DNA of 64,000 nucleotides from the NCBI GenBank assembly GCA_964016885.1, contig OZ024743.1, forward strand, positions 312,790,001 to 312,854,000, read 5' to 3'. The notes beneath the pieces were generated by a model. The model was given only the letters and a program-made list of their open reading frames with translations, was not told where the DNA came from and ran no database searches. Positions 1-15,373 of the stretch are shown piece after piece. The position numbers were made by a program, and so were the translations under genes. The DNA comes from Eledone cirrhosa. Taxonomy: Eukaryota. The first letter of the stretch is position 1, and each line of letters starts with the position of its first letter.

Positions 1-49
1 ATCAGACAGTGAGTTGAGTCTTCATGTCGTATTGCTCCCCCGTACTCAG
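1..49 (-). CDS. Probable next RIM exon (5' part; runs off the window edge)
   Basis: Strong minus-strand acceptor tctttgtttttcttcag|CTGAG at 49. Joined to the phase-1 donor at 15743 it reads open: ...SEK-AEYGGAIRHEDSTHCL. No homology recognised. Confidence 0.45.
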
Positions 50-1335
50 CTGAAGAAAAACAAAGACTACCAGCAACAGCAGCTGGGAATTAACACAGCA
101 ATGAACTGATATTACCACTGCACTTTCAGTTACTTAACATCATCAGGATAGATTCCAGGCTGATGAGCCTTTAAAATTGAGAGAGGCTTTACTTTAACTT
201 TAGTCTATAAAAGGGCATTACTTTTTTAATTTCTGTTATGTCAAGCAGACAATTATGCCTGGAAGATATTTGATTTCTAAAATGAGACAAGGGAAAATGT
301 ATCAATCTAATACCGCTTCCTTTCACCTAGTTATCTTCAGATATTATTAAAGTTTGTAGAAACCAGGACAAAGAGTTAAGTTGAGTGATAAGACACGCTC
401 TGAAACATGATGACCACAATCTGGTGCTCTGCTTCTCATCTACCATTTAAGTTGACAGAAAATTAATATAATTACATTAACCCTTTTGTGACCACATTTT
501 TAATAAAATACACTGTATTTAAATTAATTAATGAATTTGGAGGACTTTACAAAGATTATGCTTGTAACTTAAAGATTCTTATATCACAAAATATGTTGGA
601 AAACTTATATTTAAATAGGAAACTTTTAAAATGGGTGGTTTTGTTTCATAGAATCAGGTAGTTTTAACAAGGTTGTAATCAAAAAGGTTAAAAGACCATT
701 AAAAATATTTTCCTTAAAACATTAACAAAATAAGTTATTTCAAATATACACATTCTTTACAGGATTAATATTAATTCTAATTTAAATGAATATATTCTAT
801 AAAAGTACGTTATACTACCTGAAAAACAAAACTACTTTGTGACCAGTAAAGGATTTTAAGGTTGAATTTCAGTTCCTTGCTGTATCAATATATCACAACT
901 TCACTATTCTTGAAACATTATTGCCTAATGTTTCATTAACCCTTACAGAATCATAATTTTTCTATTATGTGGTAATTGTCAGTCAAGCTAATAAACACAC
1001 ATGGCAAAAGGGTATACCTATCAAATGTTGGTCTGAAATCCCATATAAGGTCACACAATATAAGCCAATTTACATATGAATTGAATACAAACTTTATATG
1101 TCAGGTCTGTCACTTAAGGAACATTATAAAATCTACAGAGATGGGGATGGTTCAGGGAAGAACACTTTACCATCAATAGCCTCTAGATTTGATTCCAAAA
1201 TTTGTCAGAAAGACTTTTGCTCAATGTCTGGACTTAAAAAACCATTTACGAGCTGATGGTAGTAAATTTTCTACTTAGAAATATATAAAAATTACACATT
1301 CAAGATAAGTCTTACTTGTTCCTTGAATGACAACA

Positions 1336-2310
<975 letters not shown>

Positions 2311-2331
2311 ATATATATATATATATATGAG

Positions 2332-2416
<85 letters not shown>

Positions 2417-2511
2417 TTTTCTCAAACATGACATCTATGTTTTTACAATATTTGAAACTAATTATGAAATAATATCTAAAAGTTATCAGTTTATGCCAAT
2501 AATGATTTAGG

Positions 2512-2743
2512 TTAACCCTTCTGAGACTATATTTTTAATGAAATATACTATTTCAATTAATCAATTAATTAAGAATATTGAGGGATTTACTAAAATTATT
2601 ATTTCATTACTAAGTAACTTTAAATGGTTCTTATACAAAATTATGTTGAAAGATTTTAATTTGAATAGTAACCCTTAAAAATGGGTGGTTTCATTTCATA
2701 GAAACCAAACCAGTTTCAATCGGGTTGGTAACAAAAGGGTTAA
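2512..2743. mobile_element. piggyBac-type MITE family A (also 477-691, 8241-8485, 14917-15173, about 24820-25062, 31735-31967, 53128-53763, 54635-54817)
   Basis: TTAACCCTT...GGTAWCAAAAGGGTTAA ends with a shared AT-rich interior. Confidence 0.75.
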
Positions 2744-2972
2744 ATTTTAACAAATCTTAGATCTGCAGATTTTGCTAAATTCTTCAATTATTTCTTGCAT
2801 CATCTTTAATCTAGTTTACATGACCTGAAGTTAGAGAGAACATTAGAACAGCAACAACAACAACAACAACAATAAACAAAATATACATTTCAAGACAAGA
2901 ATTTATATCACAGAATGGTACCAACAAAACAGCCAGTTAATCAAGGATATAATTCAAAGCAAGTATTTAGAG

Positions 2973-2976
<4 letters not shown>

Positions 2977-3044
<68 letters not shown>
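2977..3044. repeat. (GA)n microsatellite (also 47653-47725)
   Basis: Directly visible in the sequence. Confidence 0.97.
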
Positions 3045-3047
<3 letters not shown>

Positions 3048-3269
3048 TTGTATAGTTGTTTTTGAAAACAATGGAAATTTATATTAATAATTTTCAGAGA
3101 CTGAAAGTGTTAAGAAGAAAATATGGAATATGATGAGAGTGAATAGAGAAAGAATAACAAATAAGTGAAATAAGTGAGATATAATATTGAGTGAAAGAAT
3201 TCATAACCAGTGCAAAAACACAAGAAAATATATAAAAGTGTAGCAAATAAAATATAGGAGATACTGAGT

Positions 3270-4065
3270 GGAGTGTGATACTGAGTGTAGTGGAGTAAAT
3301 ATTACACAGGTGACATAGAGTGGAGTGTAAGGAAATATAACATATGGAGTGGAGTATAGGAAATATAACATAGGAGACATTGAGAGGAGTGTGATACTGA
3401 GTAGAGTGGAGTGTAGTAAATATAACACAGGTGACACTAAGTGGAGTGGACTGTATCAATATAACACATGTGATACTGAGTGGAGTGAAGTAAATATAAC
3501 ACAGGTGACACTGAGTGGAGTGTAGTAAATATAACACAGGTGATACTGAGTGGAGTGTAGTAAATATAACACAGGTGACACTGAGTGGAGTGTAGAAAAT
3601 ATAACACAGGTGATACTGAGTGGAGTGTGACTGAGTGGAGTGTAGTAAATATAACACAGGTGATACTGAGTGGAGTGTGACTGAGTGGAGTGTAGTAAAT
3701 ATAACACAGGTGATACTGAGTGGAATATAGTAAATATAACAGGGGTGATACTGAGTGGAGTGTAGTAAATATAACACAGGTGATACTGAGTGGAATATAG
3801 TAAATATAACAGAGGTGAGACTGAATGGAGTGTAGTAAATATAACACAAGTGACAATCAGTGGAGTGTAGTAAATATAACACAGGTGACACTGAGTAGAG
3901 TGTAGAATATATAACACAGGTGACACTGAGTGGTGTGTGACTGAGTGGAGTGGAGTATAGTAAATATAACACAGATGATACTGAGTAGAGTGTGACTGAG
4001 TGGAGTGTAGTAAATATAACACAGGTGATACTGAGTGGGGTGGAATATATAACAAAGGTGACATT
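3270..4065. repeat. Minisatellite, 35-bp unit with 15-bp sub-duplications
   Basis: CTGAGTGGAGTGTAGTAAATATAACACAGGTGAYA, about 20 copies. Confidence 0.95.
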
Positions 4066-7000
4066 GGGAATGGAAATTATTATTTGTGGGTTTTAAAAAA
4101 TAAATTCAACAAATAAAATAACAAGAATAATGAAAAAAAGCAAAAAGATAGAAAGGGTGAGAAATGTTGGAAAGAAAAGGAAAATAGCAGTGATTATATT
4201 CAGACATTTAGGTTGGAGCTATGCTACACTACAAGATTAAAACTAGTTTTAATATATCATTTTCATTTTTTTAAAATAGAAATCTCTGTCTAAAATCTGT
4301 CTCAAACTCAGTGGCTCACAGTCTGCTGCTTATCCCAGTTTCCATAGTGTTAAGCAACTAAGAGTACAAGTCTCTCCTGGACAGGTCACCAGTCTATCAG
4401 AGGGTTAAATTCCGAGCTACTGCTGGTACTCATTTTCAGCTGAGTATACTAAGATAATATGAAATGAAGTGTTTTGCTCAAGAAAACAACACACAACCCA
4501 GTCCAGGAGTCAAACCCTTGACATTATGATAGTAAGTCCAATACCCTAACCACCAGGTCAGGCGCTTAAACTGTAATATATTATTTTGATATATTAGAAG
4601 TAGGATGTATGACTACAAGCAGTTCATGTTGTTTAATAATCAGATTAGCTCTTACATGACTGGATTTCTAACAAAATATACTGTATTTTAATTAATTAAT
4701 TAATTAATTAAGAGTTTTGAGTGGATTTAACTAAAATTATAAATATTTCATTAAGATGGTATTTGCAACATAACGAAAGGTTGTTATATAAAATTAAGTT
4801 TAAAAGTTTTTATCTAAGTAGGAACCCTTTAAAATGGTTTTGTTTCATGGAAGAAGGTATTTGTAACATAACTTCATAAAAGGATCTAATATAAAATTAT
4901 ATTGGAAGGTTTTAATTTTAATTCTTTAAAACGGGTAGTTTTGTTTCATAGAACCAGATGTTTTGAGGCAAGTTGGTATCAAAAGGGTCATAAGTACTGA
5001 GAAAGCTAATTTCCAGTTGCAGTATTAATAGTAAGACACTGAGAACAGCATCTGGTGTGTCTGTGAGGTTAAAGAACAGCATGACATAAAGCACTGAATA
5101 AAGACAGGTAATAGATTTATAAAATAATATGAAGAGTGTAGTTGTTAAGTACTTCTCAGTATACCTTGTCTACTGTTTTTCTAAGATAGTATTTAAGGTA
5201 AGGGGGCTGAGGCATTACAATGTCAGATAGAATGCTGCAGAGCTCAACATTTTGAGGTATATAAAAATGTACCAGTCTGCTACTAGGGTTGATTCTTCCT
5301 CTATATCTCTTTCTCACTTACCCCCTCCCCCCACCTCTCTCTCTCTGGAAGAAATCTGCTGTCTTCAGACTTGGAGAGAAGATGGGCTCCACCAGGTTTA
5401 AAAGTGCCCTAGAAATGGCATGTCAATACAGCATCTCTATGACTCCAGCAGGAGTTATAGGTACATACATACAAGGTGGAAAGGACTGTTCAGTTTTGTT
5501 GATCACATGACTTCTCAAGAGCTGGCACCGTGATACAATGCATCCAGTATACTCAGTAAAGTAGATGGTATCAGGTAGGGTATTCAATCATAGAATCTAT
5601 ACTGAAATATGGAATGTATAAGCAAGACATAGTTATCCAACTTGTCTTGTTTTGAACCATGATGTCCTATCCAACCCCATGTCAGCATGGAAAATGGACT
5701 TTAAAAAAATGATGATGATGGTATGTGCATGCAGGTTGGAGACAATACAATTACAGTAGATTATATTTAATTCTGTGAAGGGTTTGTGACTAACCAGAGC
5801 TGAAAAATATTTGTATGGAAAAAACCCAATCTCTTGAGAGACTATGAGATCCCCATAAGCAAGGGCATGTCAACTACTTAATTGTTGGTACCACAATAAC
5901 ATACACCTAGTAAATTATGTAAATGGCCTGGTATCAGGAATGACATCCACCTGTAGAAACTTTGCCAAAAATGGAATTGTTTAGCTCAATATTGTCACTT
6001 CACCACTAAACTAAGACAGTAGCTCAGATTAAGTAGGTATCTGGACCCTAATGAGTCCCCACTCCCACCTCCCATTCCAACATGGAAAAATAGTAATAAA
6101 ATGATAATGATAAGTTTGGTATCATTTATTTGTGGCTGTTAATGTAGTGCAGCTGTATGAAATTAATTCGCTATTTTACCATGTTTCAGAATATTTTTAT
6201 GGAGGATGTGCAGGTCAGGTAAGAAATGTAAATTTAATTTATGGATAAAAGGAAAGAAGACTGATAGGAAATACTTCCAATATATGAGTTACATTGAATA
6301 AAATCTATACTTTTCAGACAGTATTTCTTTTCTTTTTAATTTTTACATAATACAATATTTATACTAAATTTAGTACAAACACAAACAACCAACTAAACAT
6401 ATTTATCAATAGTTATACTATATGTAACACAAACAACCATACCAACTACCAACATCTTTCTCAATGTTTCCTTAAAACAAAATTTATATATATGGAAAAT
6501 GAATTGAGCTAAAATGAAATCTTTAGAATTTCACTCACTTAAGGAAAATGCATTCACATTTAAGCTTTGATAATTAATTATCCAACAGTAATAAATTTAT
6601 GGATTCAGTTTAGAGTTTATAATGAATTCGCACCTCCTCCAAAAAAGAAAAAAATTGTATAGTTAGTAGATGAAGAAAAGTTGTGTTGAAATTAGTAAAC
6701 CCATGCTAGCGTGGAAGATAGACGTTAAACGATGATGATGATGATGATGATGATGTATGAAGCATTGTGAATTTATGGTTAAAATTATTTTAGGAAAACC
6801 AATAAAATGAAAGTTAGAAGTAAAGGAATGAAAACAGGAGTAATGTAAGACAAAACATAACATTTTACAGTTTTACTTCTATTTCATATTTCGGGCTAAA
6901 GACTACCATCATCACTGGCATGCAACAAGGTTCACTTCTTGGACAGATTCTTTTTCTAATCTTTATAAATTGCTTCCCTTGTAGCTACAACCTTGACCTT

Positions 7001-7359
7001 TTAAAGAAAAGTGTCAATAAGTACTGCTCCATGTCATAATTTCATTCAAATTGCTAGGTCATTCATCATTTTCACACTTTAACAATCACTCTTCCATTTA
7101 CCCCTCAGCATCCTTTTCTTCATGTTTATCCTGTCATGTAGCCCATAACTTTGTGTGGCTTTAAAAGCCTTGTTATGTGGTGACCTTTAATACATAAAAA
7201 GGAGTCATAGAAAGGGACAGAATGAATAATCTACAGAATACCAACACCATAAGATGGCAGATGATGCTTGGTCAATTGCTATGCATGCCTACTAAGAGAC
7301 CAGTGAGAGGATGTTTCAAGTGAAAGCTAAAGGAGCTGGATGTAGGACACAAAGCAGGC

Positions 7360-7570
7360 CTGATCGGGACCTGTCTGAGGCTTGTGTAGGAAAACCTGGT
7401 TGAGACCTGTGTAGGAGGCCCTAAATGAGTCCTGTGTTGGAGGACCTGGTTGAAGTCTGTGAAGGAGGACTTGGTTGAAACTTATGTAGCAGGACCTGGC
7501 TGAGGCTGTGAAGGAAGTTTTGGTTGAGGCCTATGGAGGAGGACTTGGCTGACACAGACCTGGCCTGAGA
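7360..7570. repeat. Degenerate GC-richer minisatellite, unit about 25 bp
   Basis: GGAGGACCTGGTTGAGGCCTGTGTA-like units, about 8 copies. Confidence 0.75.
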
Positions 7571-8240
7571 GCAGGCTCATAACAGCACTTGCAAATATGC
7601 TGGTGGAGATCTCTTATTGCCCAATGATCCATAGGGAGAAAAGGAAATTAAAGAAGAAAATGAATCACTCAAATATAAAATATAAAATATAAGGTAAAAG
7701 TGTAAACTGTTGTTTTATTTTGTCTTCCTGTTTTCACTCCTTTATTTTTAACTTGAATTTTATTAACTTTCCTAAAACAATTTTAACCATAAATCTTTTA
7801 GAGATACATGCAAGACATTGGAATGTTTTATAAGGCAGACACAAATAATACAAATGAAAGTTTGCAGTATAGTTGATAGAATCATGCTAACAGCAGGTCT
7901 TGAGAACTTTTCCAAATTGGATAATAAAAAATGTCATTTTATTAAGGAACAATATTGCATATATAATAGTAATTTCGTAATTAAATTGGTTTACAACAAT
8001 AATTAAAAAAAAAAACAACACCACACTAACTATTCTGAATCTAACTATATCTCACCTTTCTGACTCCAGTAGAAAGCAGCTAAATAAAAGAAGAGATGGT
8101 TACTCAATTGAGAATATTATACAGTACTGAGAAATGATTAACTTAAAATAAATGATACAGATTAATTGTTTTATAGAGTAACTACAACAATTTATTTATG
8201 AACGTTAAAAAATACAATATACCAAATTATATCTATATGC

Positions 8241-8485
8241 TTAACCCTTTCTTGACCATATTTCTAATGAAATATTCACTGCCCATAAATTTTTTAGATT
8301 ATCAAGAATTTGGTGGGATTTAATAAAATAATTCATTTTTCTGTTATTAAATTAGTTTTGGGAACATAACTTAACAGAGGGTTCTTATGCATAAATTTGA
8401 GAGCAAGTTTAAATTTAGATAAAATACTTTAAAACTGGACAGTTTGGTATCCTAGAACTAGGTGGATTGGTATAAAAAGGGTTAA
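8241..8485. mobile_element. piggyBac-type MITE family A, partly duplicated by the palindrome
   Basis: TTAACCCTTT...AAAAGGGTTAA. Confidence 0.8.
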
Positions 8486-8609
8486 AATAGTTCATGCTGT
8501 CAGAATGAAATTTAGGAGATATGACCAAATTTTGGCAAATGGTATATGTATTGAACTTATCAAGGTGTCTTTAAATATATATGTATTTACATGTGTGTGT
8601 GCGCATATA

Positions 8610-8663
<54 letters not shown>

Positions 8664-8930
8664 TATATGCGCACACACACATGTAAATACATATATATTT
8701 AAAGACACCTTGATAAGTTCAATACATATACCATTTGCCAAAATTTGGTCATATCTCCTAAATTTCATTCTGAGAGCATGAACTATTTTAACCCTTTTTA
8801 TACCAATCCACCTAGTTCTATGATACCAAACTGTCCAGTTTTAAAGTATTTTATCTAAATTTAAACTTGCTCTCAAATTTATGCATAAGAACCCTCTAAT
8901 TTAATAACAGAAAAATGAATTATTTTATTA
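8321..8930. repeat. Palindrome of about 600 bp centred on (TA)n (inverted duplication of flanking DNA)
   Basis: Arms mirror each other around 8636. They differ by 2 substitutions and a 22-nt deletion (8356-8377 is absent from the right arm). The right arm ends at a short (TA)n. Confidence 0.9.
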
Positions 8931-11494
8931 TTTTATATATATATATATATACTCAGCTTTTAGAAAATTATCAACAAAAATAGTACAAAATATCTTAAAT
9001 CTTACAAAAAACACTGTATAATACATATCAAAATTATATTAGAATTATTTAGTTCATTACTATATTATTTAAATTCATTATACTATTAACTATATTTTAA
9101 ATATAATATTTCACTAGTTTACGATGTTTTTTTATATTAAGTTATTTTACTTCTGACATGATATTTATTACTGGAATTACATTATGGGGTGATTCTTTTA
9201 GTCATTACAAAAACAAACAAAAATCTGTTTAAATCACTTTCCATATATTTGTTGTTGACACTGTTGTCAAATGGTTAAGAAGTTTACTTTGCAATAATAA
9301 GGCTCCTTGTTCAATCCTACAGCATATCATCTAGGAGAAACAACATTTATCAGGCACTTAGGTCAACCCAAGCCTTGTAAATGAAATTGAAGCCAGTAGG
9401 TTGAACTGTACCTATAATTCAAAGGGCCATCCTTATCACACACTGTGTTGTGTTGAATCCGTCTTAGATAGGGTACATATGTATGTGGAATGGTCAGCCA
9501 CTTACACATTAATTTCATGAACAAGCTGTTCCATTGATCAAACAACTGGGACACTCATCATCGAAACCAACAGAGGTCTATTTCATTTCATTTTGTGCTG
9601 TTTAAAATTTTGGTTTACTCTGTGACATGGTCACTGACACAATTCCATTTCAGTAGAATTGTGACAGTGACCTGGTCACTGACGCAATTCTATTTCAGTA
9701 GAATTGTGACATTGTCCATGTTGTAGAGAGTACATTAACAAACATTAGAACTATAAATATATATATGAATAGTAAACATATTTTTTGTGTGGTCTTTAAA
9801 TGCCTAATATGACTCTTACATGGTGTAATTGTTTTAATTTCAACATGTAATCTCAGATCAAGACACTTGTCAGACAAGTACAACTGTGGCTAAAATGACT
9901 ATTCCACGGTGTAATTGTGTTAGTTTCAACACATGATCTCAGATCAAGTCACTTGTCAGACAAATACAACTCTGAGATTTCATTATAGTTTTAGAAAATA
10001 TAAACTAAATTATCTTAAGTTGAAAACTATTATGAGATCACTACAATAGACACTGAGATTATTTAAAGAAAATCATATAAATTACATTTTATTTATACAT
10101 TAATATTACAATCTGAACAATATCAAACAAGTATTATATGAATATCTAACATTATTGATAAACACATATCTGTAAATATATAATACAGGATTAACGAAGA
10201 CTCATTAATGTGTATATTATATACATATTGAGTATATAAACTGGTAAACATGTTATATTTATTATACACTAAAAGTAATAGATGTAGACATGAGTGTGGG
10301 GTTAAGGAGTTTGTTTTGCAGCCACTTGGTTTCAGGTTCAGTCCCACTATGTGGCACCTTAGACAAATGTCTACTACAATAGCCTTGTTATTGACCAATG
10401 GAAGCTGCAGAGGTCTGTTGTATGTATGTATGGTTGGGTCGTTGGTGACTAAACCGGCAACCCCACCAAGCTTGCTTGGTTAGGAGGGTGATTTTGGACA
10501 CCCTATGGGATGAAAAACAAGACCTGTCAAAGGGTGGAGGAACTCATGAGAGTCAACAGCTATCTAATAAAATTTCAGAGCAGGAGACTCCTAGTCTTCA
10601 TTAAGACACCTCTCTAGGAAAAGGTCACTCTGATATAAAAATTATCACTTTGTTTGCATCCAATGATGTAGACCAGTTCTTCTTTTAGGGGAAATGCATT
10701 AGATGTTCAGGGAGTGGGATTGGCCCCATGCAAAGCACAGGCATCGCTTGATATGTGACATTTTTTGCGATGCAAGGTATTGCTGCCCATAGGTAAGTCC
10801 CAAGCAGGACTAAAAACCCATGTCTGTAATGCTCATGCTTAAGTATCAAGCATAGACATTACTTGAAATCGAATTGCAACCATCACCATGTATGTATGTA
10901 TTTTTTTTAAGTGGATGTAAAAACGATGATGATGATGTATGTATATATCATCATCATTGTTTAACTTCTATTTTTCCATGCTAGCATCGGTTAGACAAGT
11001 TGTCCCATTTTGAGACAAGTCAGGTCAGATGACTGTGTTTTTCTCATACAGAACTGTTTCTGGCTTGGTTTTCTGTGGCTGGATGCCCTTCCTAATGCCA
11101 ACCCCATTTACAATGTGGAATGGGTGTTTTTTTATTGTGGTACAAAAATGACCACTTTACTGTGTAGTCTGGGTGCTTTTTAGACATGACACCAAAACAA
11201 CCACTTTACATATATATATAACCCTATAAAATAATCATGCTGGTAACACAGCAAAAAAGCCCCCAGTCCACCCTGTTAGATGGTCATTTTGTGTCATGAT
11301 AAAAAGTATCCAGTCCACTCTGTAATGTGGTTAGCATTCGGAAAGGCATCCAGCCATAGAAAACCAAGCCAAAATACAGATCTATATGAGCAAGATATGG
11401 TCACCTGACTTGACTTGTCTCATAATGTGACAACCCATGTAAGTATGGAAAAATAGACGTTAAAAAGTGGTGATGACATGTTCATATATATATA

Positions 11495-11889
11495 TGATCA
11501 ATTCTCGGGCCGGGTGATGTGCTGTTTCCTTGAGCAAGACACTTTATTTTACATTGCTCCAGTTTACTCAGCTGTAGAAATGAGATGATAGGGACTGGGG
11601 TCCCTATCATTCCACTGCAAAGTGGTCGTGGAGATGCCACGGCAAAAAAGCACCCAGCCCACACTGTAAAGTGGACGTGTAGGCACCACGATAAAAAAAG
11701 CACCCAGCATTCACTGTAAATGAGGTTGGTGTTAGGAAGGGCACGCAGCTGTAGAAATCAAGCCAGAATCAGTTCCCGTATGAGCAAGACATGGTCAGCC
11801 GACCGGACACTGCCCACAACAGGACAACCCGTCTAACCCATGCTAGCGTGGAAGAACGGACGTAAAACAGTGATGATGATGATGATGAT
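11495..11889 (+). mobile_element. Same SINE family, head-truncated, longer RTE-type tail
   Basis: Body matches other copies; the tail matches the RTE 3' UTR at 63030-63222; (TA)n on both sides. Confidence 0.85.
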
Positions 11890-12479
11890 ATATATATATA
11901 TATATATATATATATGGTGGCTGCCAACTCGTTTTCGATTATGGCCACTACTTTATATCCATGTAGGAGAACCCCTACCGATGCCCTGAACGAGTGTGAC
12001 TTTTTAGTCCAGCCAGCGACTTGAAAACTCTGGTACAAACATTACACTTGTGACAATTATTGACACATAGTGCTGGGCTCATGGTACCATGTGACGACAA
12101 GTGCAGAGAGATCTCCAGACATAAAGCAATGCCTGTGCCGTGAAGCTTTTATAGTGAGCAAAGGCACTGCACAAAGCCAGTCCCACTCTCTTAACCAAGA
12201 TGATATTTACCAAAAAGAAGAACAAGTCAACATCATTGGATACCATCAGAGTTGCAGGTGTTATATCAGAGTTTTCCTTCTCCTACATACATGACAACCT
12301 CCCTAGTGCTGGTGCCACAATAAAATGCCCCTAGTACACTCTGTAGAGTACAAGAGTACAAGAATGTAAGTGAGATACAGTCACCAGCCCATCTAGCTTG
12401 CAAGGAAAAACAGATGTTAAATGATAATGGGGATGATATATATATGTAGTGTGATAATGAGTAGACTGACAAGAAGACT

Positions 12480-13140
12480 TTGCATATAGAAGATGCACAG
12501 GAGAAATCAAAGGGAAGAGCAGATCTATAGAAGAGGTTGACAGCTTCTGCTATCTAGGTGACTTAATCAGCAGTGGAGGATGGTGCTCTGAGGACATAAT
12601 AGCTAGAATAAGGATAGGATAGAAGAAATTTAGAGAGCTACTCCCACTGTTGACAACAAAAGGTTTCTCCCTACATACCAAAGGATGACTATATGACATA
12701 TGTGTGAGAAGTGCAATGCTGCATGGTAGTGAAACATGGGCTGTGACTGCAGAAGACATGCATAGACTGGATAAAAATGAAGCAGCCATGCATTGTTGGA
12801 TGTGCAATGTAAATGTGAGAGAAAGGCAGAGATTGGATGAACTGAGGAAGAAGCTGGGTTTAAAATATTGTGTGTAGGAGAAAAGACTGCATTGGTATGG
12901 ACATGTGATGCACATGAATGATGATCGATGATTGAATAAGTGCTAGGAAATGCCAGTGGATAGAAGCTGCATAAGAGGTAGACAGAGAAAGACCTGGGTA
13001 GAGGTAGTAAGAGGCAACCTTAAATTGCTGAGACTTACAGAGATGATGAAGAAACATGATGAGTGGAAAGATGTTATACTGAAAAGTATCTGTCCAGCCC
13101 ATGCAAGTGTGAAAAGGTGGATGTAAAAACGATGATGATA
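12480..13140 (+). mobile_element. Old RTE 3' fragment
   Basis: Decayed C-terminus (FCYLGDLISSGG, LHGSETWA, WYGHVM) and a (GAT)n tail. Confidence 0.85.
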
Positions 13141-13229
13141 TATAAGTATGGATGTACAAGCTGTGTAGAGAAAGGTGACAGAGAAGGTACTTTGGATGTA
13201 GCAGATGCACATGAGGAATCAACAGTAAT

Positions 13230-13745
13230 AGGAAGTGTTAAATAGATTTGTTTTAATGCCTAGAAGGCTCACCAGGAGTAGTTGATAGCTTTTATTACCA
13301 ATGTGACTTAATTAGCAGTGGAGGTAGATGTGTTGGAAGCATAATATCTAGAGTGAGAAGAGAATGGAAAAACATCAGGGAACTACTATCTATGCGGGTA
13401 ACAAATAATTACTCTTTCCAAATGAAGAGTAGATTGTATGATACTTGCATATGAACTATGATACTGCATGGTAGTTAGATGTGGGCCATAACTGATGAGG
13501 ATTACAAGTGCTAGAAGCAAATGAGGTGAGTATGCTCTGCTAGATATGTAATATGTGCATGAACTATGGTGCACAAATGAGCTGAAGGAAAAAAATGGAT
13601 ATAAAAGGAATCAGAAGTAGAGTGCAAAGAGAAGACAGCACTGGCATAAACATGTGATGCATATGAAAAATATCATTTGTATAAAGAAGTCCTGAACACT
13701 TGAAATGGAAGGGAACTGCAGAACAGGAAGACCTAGGAGGACACT
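13230..13745 (+). mobile_element. Older, more decayed RTE fragment
   Basis: Nucleotide similarity to 12480-13000. Confidence 0.7.
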
Positions 13746-15373
13746 CTTTTACCCTAATATTATTTGTAAACATATTGTATAAGTTTTTATATATGTCTTT
13801 ATCTTGTGCAAGTACTATTGGTGATTAATACAAGCCAGTTAAGCTTACAAAATATGCAAATAAGCCTTCAACAAGTATAGTTTATTTACAAAATATACTA
13901 TAAGATGATATTGTCTTTAATAACTCTGCATCTGAGCATGAGTGTTGATGAAGTGTAATAACAGTGAAATGCATGCATCCATTGTTCTTACTTGAATACT
14001 GAGGCAGCTGTGAAATGATCACAGCTTAAAATAGGCATTGAAACTAAATGTAGATTTATTATATATAAACATAGTATAAATGAGTTCATATATACCTTTA
14101 TTCTAAATCACACTGTGTTAGTATTATCATTCATTAATGGTTAATATAATATATCCTCATGCAAATTGATGAATATTCCTTTATATATTGACAGACATTT
14201 TACACAATAGTGCAATAATATATAATTATGTGAATAAGCATGGCCTAGTGGTTAGCTTGTTGGACTAATGGTCATAAGGTCATGAGTTCATTGAATTAAA
14301 ATTTTTAACCTTTATATTCATTTGCAATTCTTACAGATTTATGTAAGAAGTTAGAGAAATATGGATTAACCCTTTAGCATTTACATTATTCTATATTTAC
14401 TATTATATTTTCATGGTTCATGATATTGAATCTATGAGATTTTGATATTATTTATTTTGAGAACAATACCTTAACATCAGTATGAGTGGCCAGTTAAAGC
14501 CAGTTTGAACAGAAAGATGTGAGAGAATTATGGCCGGATATGGCTGGTTTAAATGCTAAAGAGTTAAAGCAGACTCATTAAGGACAGTTGATTACTATAA
14601 AGACAATTAATGAGCTTGCAATATCAAATGTTAATTAATAACCATTTAATTAATCTACCATTTCTTTTTAATTTTAAAATTGCCTTCCCTGAAAAGAAAA
14701 AAGAAAAGAAACATACTTATGTGTTGGGATGAATTATAAAAATCTAAGTTTTTTAGATTAAATGTCTCACTGGTTATTGTAATAAATTATAATAAATTGT
14801 AATAAATTATTGACACAAATATTTTCAATCTGATAACTAACAAAATTATTAATTCATTATCAACAAGACTTGAAATGAATTACAATGATCTTAGGTGTTC
14901 GTTTTGGTATGTCCCCTTAACCCTTTCATTACCATACCTCTAATGAAATACACTACCTATAATTCTCAAGTCCTTTTGAAAATAATAAAACATTTGAAGC
15001 ATTTAATAAAATAACTAACTTTCTCATTTTTAGGCTGGTGTTTGAAACATAACAAAGCTTCTTGCATAACATAAATATGGAAGGTTTTTAGATAAATATA
15101 AACATTTTAAAATAAACAGTTTTCTATCATAAAATGAGGTTAGTTTCAAGTGGTTTGGTATCAAAAGTGTTAATAGATATATAACAATTATCTCTTTAGT
15201 TTTCTCTAAACACATTTGAAAAGGTACATGTTGCCTGAAATATATCAAAACCAATTAATATTTCTAAGGTATCATTGCAATAACTCTGTAAAGATTTCCA
15301 TAACCATGTAGTAAAATATATTTACTATATAACTGTGTTATTTGCCATTTTGAGAAAAGTTTAATTATCAGGG

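Noticed and set aside
155-195. CTGATGA-GCCT...AGGC hammerhead-like start
   Set aside because: No GAAA after stem II and no stem III or stem I partner.
3094-4064. Long ORFs (up to 292 aa) and a CRISPR-like periodic look
   Set aside because: Stop-free frames of a 35-bp minisatellite; no unique spacers; eukaryotic context.
7300-7640. GC-richer Pro/Gln-like stretch as a possible exon
   Set aside because: The period is about 25 bp (not a multiple of 3) and there is no sustained ORF; it is a degenerate minisatellite.
9620-9975. Local direct duplications of about 40 bp and about 80 bp
   Set aside because: Ordinary slippage-type duplications with no further structure.
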